Positions 56,201 to 64,000 of a DNA stretch of 64,000 nucleotides are shown in pieces. Made by a program: the position numbers and the translations under genes. Origin of the DNA: Guillardia theta CCMP2712 (lineage: Eukaryota > Protista > Cryptophyta); assembly GCF_000315625.1 (NCBI RefSeq), contig NW_005434661.1, forward strand, positions 892,345-956,344, given 5' to 3'. The first letter of the stretch is position 1; the number at the start of each line of letters is the position of its first letter. The notes beneath the pieces are model-generated. The model worked only from the letters and a program-made list of their open reading frames with translations. It did no database searches and was not told the origin of the DNA.

Positions 56201-59200
56201 ATACAGCATGGATCAAACGTATGCACAATTGTCCTTTCTTATCTTCTTCCCCATAATCCCATGTCAATACATCATCGACAAATTCGTCAATGTCTAAACG
56301 ACATTGAGCCTTGTTGTGGTCCGATTCGACATCATACTGCGTGTGCTTGTCAACTGATGAGATATATGTCGAATTGAATATATCACAATTCTCAACCACC
56401 TGAACCATTTGTCTATCATGTCGTATCAATTTGTTCAAAGGTGCAGTTGCTGTGCCAATCTGAAGATTGGATTCCGCATCAAAAATATGAATCCTCAACC
56501 TGCCCTTTTCCATGTACCTCAAAAAGTCCTTTTGAAACAAGTTCGAATCGTTATCTGTATCAAATTGATTTCCGGTGATGAATTGTAAGGTAAGCTTAGG
56601 AATTTCCAGATTTGCAATAGATTTAGTAAAGAAAGAACGGAAGTTATTTGGGACCATTTCAGAAGCGTAGAGTTGGAAATTCTCTGTTGCACATTCACTG
56701 AAATTGTAGAATTCAATCGTGCAGTATATCCGTGAAATTTCACAAGGAACACTGACAGCGACAAATTGCAAAATCAAAATTTCCCCCTGGGAGTTCAAGG
56801 TTTTTGTGTGTTTCTGGACAGTTGCAGGACTGCGACTTGATAGTGAAGATATTGATTTTGGCAAAAAGTCATCGAAAAGATTCAGTAAACCTTTTGTAAA
56901 ATTTTCACTCCAAACTTGAGGTGATTGACTGGCTTTCTGTTGAATGGCTGTGGTAATTACATGTCCATTGGAATGCGCAATATTTGTAATTGATCCTGGC
57001 ATGGGTCCATCAGTCGTGTATACTCTTGATTTTTCATTTGTCTTGTCCATACTTCGTTCTTTTTCGAGTTTCAATGCCAGATTTTCATCGCTATTTGGAA
57101 CATTCGATAGAGACTTATTTACCTCAACTATTTCAGCAGACCTGTTTGACTTGTTTTGAAGCCCAAGTTTTCGCAAAGCTGACCTTCTTCTGCTACTGGT
57201 CACCTCTGCTTGCGAATTTTCTGTCGCGTCACCTACAACATCCTTGAGAGCGTTGTAACTTCCTTCCTTCCCAGCCTCATCTTTTTCCTTCTCTTCCGAG
57301 GGTATCGCGCGTGTCGAGTGTCTCGATCGTCTTGATCGTGAGCCGCCAGTTAGTCTCTCTTTTCCGTGATTAGAATTTGATGCATCTTCCAGTGTCTTCT
57401 GGTTTTCAACAAGCAACTGTTCGCCTTGATCCTTCATTGCAGTTGCACTTTCACCTTCGTCCGAATTCGACCTCTCTCTCTCTGCTCCTGAATCTTTTTC
57501 TATTACCTCTATCGGCAATGACTTGAATTCATTTTCAACGTATGTAGCCTTCTCCGAGTCAGAGGATGGCGGCTTCATATCCGATATTTTAGTTTGCACA
57601 CAACTCTTGTTGCCTTCAATCTCTGCAGCCCTGCAACCAGTTGCGATTAAAAGATCCATATTTTCGGACCTTTGGGCAGGGGTTTCCTCCTTGCTGGCAA
57701 GGTTTACAGCTTCCAAATTTGCAGAATTTTCAGAAGCTTCGAAATCTAGCTTTCTGCTTGTGACTTGCGTGTTTCCTTCAGCACTACAAAAGGATTGAAT
57801 TTCCCGCGATTCATCAGGTTGCTTCTGAATTAATGACTTGTCTACTTCTATATTCCTTGGCCCAAGGGCAACTTTATCCTCGGCAATCAACGATTTCACA
57901 GTCTCCTCTTTTTTCAAACCCATACATCCTCCGTGATCTGTACTCACCGCTAAGTTGACTTGCCCTGAACCTGCTGCCTGTTGTTGTCCGTCCCCTTTTA
58001 CAGCTATTTCCCCAAAGTCTGCACCTGATGTGTCTCGATCTATCCCGCTGGCTGTCACTGCTAATTTTCTGACACCTCCGCTTGCTCCTGTTGGTGAGCC
58101 CTTTGCCAATTCGTCCGCTGTCGCTGCCGCTTTCTGATTTTGTTCTACCTCTGCAATTGCAGACGGATCATTGTCTTCGTTACATGCACTTGCTGCCGCG
58201 ACATCAACCTGCGCTCCTCCTGCCCCTCCTGCTGCGACTTCATTCGAGGACCCTCCCCCTTCCTCCCCTGCTTCCCGGTCTCTCTCATCCCCTTCCCTTG
58301 CTCCATCCTGCTCCGCGCCAGCTTCTCCTGCCCCTGCTGCCGCGACATCAACCTGCGCTCCTCCCGCTCCTCCCGCCCCTCCTGCCCCTCCTGCTGCGAC
58401 TTCATTCGAGGACCCTCCCCCTTCCTCCCCTGCTTCCCGGTCTCTCTCATCCCCTTCCCTTGCTCCATCCTGCTCCGCGCCAGCTTCTCCTGCCCCTGCT
58501 GCCGCGACATCAACCTGCGCTCCTCCCGCTCCTCCTGCCTCTCCTGCCCCTCCTGCTGCGACTTCATTCGAGGACCCTCCCCCTTCCTCCCCTGCTTCCC
58601 GGTCTCTCTCATCCCCTTCCCTTGCTCCATCCTGCTCCGCGCCAGCTTCTCCTGCCCCTGCTGCCGCGACATCAACCTGCACTCCTACTCTCGTAATCTC
58701 GACTTCCGGGTCTTGACCTGCATTTTCGACCAAATTCAGCTTGTGAGCCTGTTCGGCAGCTGATATCCTATCTTCTCCTTGGATGATTGTGGCAGTTGCG
58801 ACCTGGGTTGCCTCGTCTGCCTCTGTGTCCTTCTGAATTTCAACAACTCCCCCTCCCTTCAATTCTGCTTCGGACAATTCTTCTCTGAGAGGATTCCCTG
58901 CTACTGCATCAATTTTCTGTGTTGTTGTAAATTCGACCTCATTTTTCTCTGTAGTGCCAGCCTCGTGTCCTTGCACCGTGAAAGCCTCTACGTTGTCATT
59001 TTCAACCATTGCTGGCTCATGATCTGTTAAATCAGATATACTTTGTTCCACAAAAGTGTCGTGACTGAGCTCATGATCTGGACATGGTTGGAATATTTCT
59101 GTTCCGATTTCCGTTTTGCTTGTTGCCGTTCCTGGTACAGTTTTGTTGTCTGGAGTGGAGACACTGCCTTCTATTCCATCCTCGATACGCTTCACCTCAC

Positions 59201-61100
59201 TTGATTCTTGTGATGAGATCTCACTGTTTTCTACATTTTCTTGTTCTATTGATTCAATGTTTTGTCTAAACTCGTTAGATTCCATTCCTAAATTTTTGCT
59301 GACTGATTCCGTCCTTTTTTCTGAATTCGTCGCGCTCAATTGTTTTTCTGCATTTTCCGGATGTGAACTGGCGTACTGCGTTCTCTCATCTGAGTGAAGA
59401 CTGAGAGAAACAATCAAATTCTGATGATGACAATATTTGGAATTTTGACAAATATCAGCGAATCCTTCGTGTTTCAATTGAAAGCTCCACCTGAAAGGAT
59501 TTATCATGAATACAAATGTATCTCAACACACAAATCACTTTTGAGATACGAACTTGTCATCTTGGTAAGGTACAATGGGATACCATCCAAGGCAAACTTC
59601 TCTGTTTTCACTTGTGGTCTTGATGACTGCTTTGACTCGGAAAATCAAAGCGGAAAAGCTAGGAAACCCGATGTTGTCAGAGTGAATTGATTAGATTGTC
59701 TTCACTGACCTGCCAGGAATCGTCATGATGTTTACTTGAGCTTGGGAGCTCCAGATGTTGTCTTTAGCTGTCAATCGTAATTCTTTATCCTAAAGAAAAA
59801 ATCATTTCTAGTTTCCACATCCAAAATCTTACCGCTTTGAATGGCAACATTTTGTGTCCATTATGCACATTTAGCAGAGCATACAGCTCCGCTTCTCCCT
59901 CGTATTGATTTTTAGGTTCCTTGAAATACAAAACCTTTGAAAGAGGACCATCCACCGTGATAGATATTTGACGAATAGAAATCTTTGAAAGCTTAACGAG
60001 CTCAAGTTTTTGATTGAGACAGTGAGCATCTAGGCCTGGAATCATTGCTCGTATATCATCAGGTAAGTCTATCTTGGAATTGAAATAAGAGCAAAGCTCA
60101 TTTTCTTTCAAGAGAAGCGATAGTATCTTCATGCATAATATGTCAACCAGCCAAAAGAACAAAACATTAGAGTGAACCTGAAATCTGGGGTAAGAATTCT
60201 GGATGAAGCTCTCTAGGTAGACATTGTCCATAGCAATTTTTCGTTTTAAGTTGGTATCAGTTTCGTTCTTGATGAATAAAAGCATCCTTATGATAAATTT
60301 CAGATATTTTGAAAAATGACATATTTTGAACCTTGGACTCCCTTTCAGGACAGGAGCGATAGACACAGCATCCGTAAAACCCTGCTTGGGATCTGATACC
60401 AATTCAACAATACACCAACCCAGAGAGCATTCTTGGATGTTATGAGAATGATTGTTCTGCGAAGTTGACAACACAAATTCGACAATCACGCGCAACTGCA
60501 GGAACGTAAGCAAGGCCAAGTTCTTGTCCACAATGACCTTTGATATATCCTGTAATGTGAAGAACTCGAAACAACTATTCGAATCCAGAGGAAACGATTC
60601 TTTAGCCTATCAGGATCTTGTCAATAAATGCGCCCGATTCAAAAGTCTGTCACAGGATCTGGAGGAGGCTTATAGTCTTTGATCTTCACTTTGGGACTTG
60701 TCCATGTATTTCCAACGAAGTTTGCATGCATCTATCACTATATCAGCCTGGAAAGACCCTCACTGTCATCACCTCCTTCTCCAGCATGCATAGAGTTGAT
60801 CGAAAACACAGCCATGCATTATCAGCTCTGCGGAGATAAAGATTATTGCAGCTCAAAAAGTTTGTTTTGATCCGTACCTCCTGATTACTTCATCGTGCTT
60901 GATCAACAAGCTAGAGACTGTTCGGAGACAGTAAATCTTTGAAGGACAAGGGGCAGACGGTGAACCTCGTTTAACAGACCCAAGGCGTACACGTACGCAG
61001 TTGCCACCATCACCGACTCTGTGAGCTCGCGGCAATGCTGAGACATGTCAAAAGACGAATCTTGGCATCTTAGTCACCTATGACCGAACATGCCCCCGCC
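53240..61100 (-). CDS. NPHP4: Nephrocystin-4-like ciliary transition-zone protein, multi-exon (boundaries approximate)
   Basis: SLGWCIV...LKGSPR; LQFVAV...IYCTIEFYNF; FLRYM...IHIFDAESNLQIGTA..PL..LIR; FQNPY; VIDRTFSFY: same motif order as NPHP4; major exon inside ORF 54411-59507; short introns on both sides. Confidence 0.75.
58190..58682 (-). repeat. Coding tandem repeat (162, 162, 144 bp) in the NPHP4-like gene
   Basis: QVDVAAAGAGEAGAEQDGAREGDERDREAGEEGGGSSNEVAAGG x3. Confidence 0.95.
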
Positions 61101-61662
61101 AATCTCTGCCATCGCTGCAGCTCAGAAGATTCTCGATCCTGAAGGCATTCCATCACGAGAGTAGCAGGTCAGTTAACAACCTCGAACGCTTCCCCCAAAC
61201 ATTCCTCTTCCCCATGCTCAGACCTGGACTACAGACCTTCCCCCGACCTCTTCACTCTTCCTCCTCCCCTTCTTCTCTTGCCATCCATGACATCACGCCC
61301 ACCTCCTTCTCCTTGCTCCTCCCTTATCCTCCCCCTTACCATGGTCCTGTTTTGGCGGGAATCCGCCATTTCCCCAAGGTGACAAAGTCTGTCACAGCTT
61401 CACTGATATAGTCAATACATACAACACATCCATAGTCAAAAAGTTTCTGAGTGGATCACTCTAAAAAGCCTTGTAGTCAAAATATGATGTTAGTCATTCA
61501 TTGACTATAAGGATGCATAGAGAAGATAGAGGCATTGAACGATGCCGGAGGGCGAGGAAATGAAGGTGAACAACAAACGACGACGAGGATACCAACAGCA
61601 GCAACCATGACAACGACAACAGCCTCGAAGTCAGAAGGTAGAGGGATAAGAGACCGATAGAG

Positions 61663-63400
61663 ATGAAAACAACAATCCATCTCTGCAGAAACCTCGTCCT
61701 CGTCGCTTCCTGTTGTCACCTGCTCCATGCGTCGAGCGAAGTTGACTTCAGGAGGTTTCTTTTCATCGTACGCTTAGAGCAGGACTTGAAACACTTTGAG
61801 ACTTTTAGTCAGATCATGGGACACTCTGATGCATCTTTTGTTAGCATCCTGTGCTCAGAAATCCCGCTCAGTGAGCAAGAGGAGATCACGAAATTGCCCA
61901 ATATGAATCAGGATGTTTATGCAGCATGCCCGTTGCAATCTTTGAATGAAGCCGCTGTATTTAGATCAACTTCGAAGAATTTCACCGTTTATCGGACATC
62001 CAGGTGTTCAAGTGATTTCATTGATCTCCTGTCCTTATTCCTGGTAGTCCACTACTCACGCAGACACTCATTCTTCATCCCCGTCTCGTCGCTTGAGATG
62101 GGGGACATCGAAAGATGGAGATCTCTCATACAGCAATTCTATGTAAACTACGCTACGAAGCAAGAAGTTCGTCGCTTTTGGGCCAACTATTCCTCCAACA
62201 GCCACCTTCATCGTCTCATAGATGTGCTTGAACAGCGATCATTCACATACAACGCGGAGGATCTCGAACAGGTTTTGAGCGATTGCTCGTCCTCCAAAAC
62301 ACCAAAAGCCAACAAACATTTCGTGTATCTCGCCACAGCAGAGACTAAAGAGGACATCACATTCGAGCTCAACCTTGTAAACGATGACTCCGATGCCCTC
62401 TTCTGCATCTGGGGTCAGCCCCCCCCAACCGTGGAACTTGAATGCCAGGAAAAGTGCCATGAAGAGATTCATTATTGCCGACAAGTATGCCGAGATAGAT
62501 TGGAAACAACACAATCTGTAGATAGACATCCCTTCCAGTACATCTACGTCAGGGGCAGCAGCTTTCAGGAGGGCCGCAACTTCTTACTGCAGGAAGCTCG
62601 GCTGAGAGGGAACTACTCATACTTTGTGTTCATGGTGGATGACATGATTGTAAACCATCGGAACTTTCAGACTGGACTCGTCGGACACAGCCCTTTTCGT
62701 AAGTTGTTGATCTTGTTGACCTCGTGCGTGATGGTTGAAAGATCCTTGCAGGGACATTTGAGAATTATCTGAGGGTTTGGCAGCCCGCTCTAGCAGTTCC
62801 TGGGGCAACAAGGCGAGATGAGGATCACTTGATCGATCCTGCAGGTGATATTGATGTTGGGAAAGCTTTGTTGTGAGGACTTTGAAAGGCGAGATCGTTT
62901 CGATCTACGGCTTTGATCACTTATTCATCGCCTTACATCACGATGCCGTTGACCTTCTGCTTCCGTATACCCTCCGATATGAAAACGTCTCGTGGTGGTA
63001 GGACTGCTCGTCACTTGTGCGAGCAGTGACTCGTTCTTGCAGGTACAGTGAATATGTGATGAACCTTGTGGCGGCGATGTTCTTTGGTCCTCAGTACGTG
63101 GTCCAGATACATGGAACTTGCATTTACTTTTGTCTGCATGACCATGACATTGCCTCGTAGCTGTCTTTGCAGAGACTTTTAACGCGGGATATGTGAACTA
63201 TCCGCATGAGATTGATTTTGACATCCCTTTGAGCTGGATCATTACAGCTGCGAGGTTTTGTTCTACTCTATGTGTCTTCTGATCTCACAAGAAGGGGCAG
63301 GGATAAGAAGAGATTGAATCCCCTCTTTTTCCACGAGCACAATTGTCCGTCCCCAAAGGACTTCCGCTCAAGTAAGTTTCAGACTTGAGGTTCGGCCTCT
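61663..63400 (+). CDS. Secreted/lumenal protein of unknown function, possibly glycosyltransferase-like; multi-exon, 3' end uncertain
   Basis: Signal-peptide-like N-terminus; SFQEGRNFL...YSYFVFMVDD; GT..AG-bounded short introns after ~62700. Confidence 0.45.
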
Positions 63401-64000
63401 GAAAGGTCCAAGACCCGCAGATCGGACCGATGACAGGAGGATACGATCAGATCTTAATGGAAGGGAATGTGTTCGACTCTTGTCATCCTTATTTCCGGTT
63501 GGTAGCCTCCAGGTGGACTGCAATGTGTGTCATGCACTGATATGCGATACTGATCCTGACTATCTCAGGAGAACGTCTGCGCGTCGCCACAAGGGTCACA
63601 CAGGACACGCGTGTACAGATGTCGACCTTTCCATTTCCGGCATGTTGGTGGAGCTGATGAAGGAGGAGGAGATTCGCAACGGAACCATCTGCTACTGGTG
63701 CATGATGCACCCGAAATCTCCTGAGGTTGTTAGTCTGCTGTGACTTGCACACCGTGACGTTTGTGTAGACTTCAAACTGTGCGAATCATATCACTGGAAG
63801 TGAGCTGAAGCTTGCAACCTCAGAAGGAAAGAGAACTTACTCGGGAGAGCAGCAGCTGAGGCTGGGAGTGGATAAGAATGGAAATCTTTTATTTTGACTC
63901 AATGGAACAGCGATTTTCAAACTCCCTCAGTACGAGGATTTGACTCCTTGTCAAGCTTCGCCCTCATCTTGTGAAACATTGGGCTGCTCTGAAGAGCGGA

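Noticed and set aside
58082-58763. Pro-rich plus-strand ORFs
   Set aside because: Antisense shadows of the NPHP4-like internal repeat

Overview
Eukaryotic (protist/algal) nuclear DNA. Short-intron genes, gene style and Arabidopsis-type telomere-like repeats suggest a cryptophyte such as Guillardia; this is inference only. The window has two parts. (1) About 1-52,960 is a heavily rearranged accessory island. It has four Crinkler-like coiled-coil/P-loop NTPase/restriction-endonuclease genes (two families, each duplicated: a ~4.3 kb inverted and a ~6.6 kb direct segmental duplication). It has two copies of one Ty3/Gypsy chromovirus family with 171-bp LTRs and 5-bp target-site duplications; one spans 17.2 kb and encloses an NLR-like NACHT-pentapeptide-WD40 gene, a degenerate U-box/kinase/ARM gene and part of a second Gypsy family. 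It also has an AT-rich Polinton-like-virus/virophage-type tyrosine recombinase fragment, and an intronless ORF that reads as fused H2A-H4-H3 histone folds (probably a decayed viral-type H2B-H2A-H4-H3 multiplet) ending in telomere-like repeats. Many pieces are 'condensed' copies joined at microhomologies. (2) About 53,000-64,000 is ordinary host sequence: a multi-exon nephrocystin-4 (NPHP4)-like gene on the minus strand and an unknown secreted protein gene. All protein assignments come from motifs recognised by eye; no searches were run.
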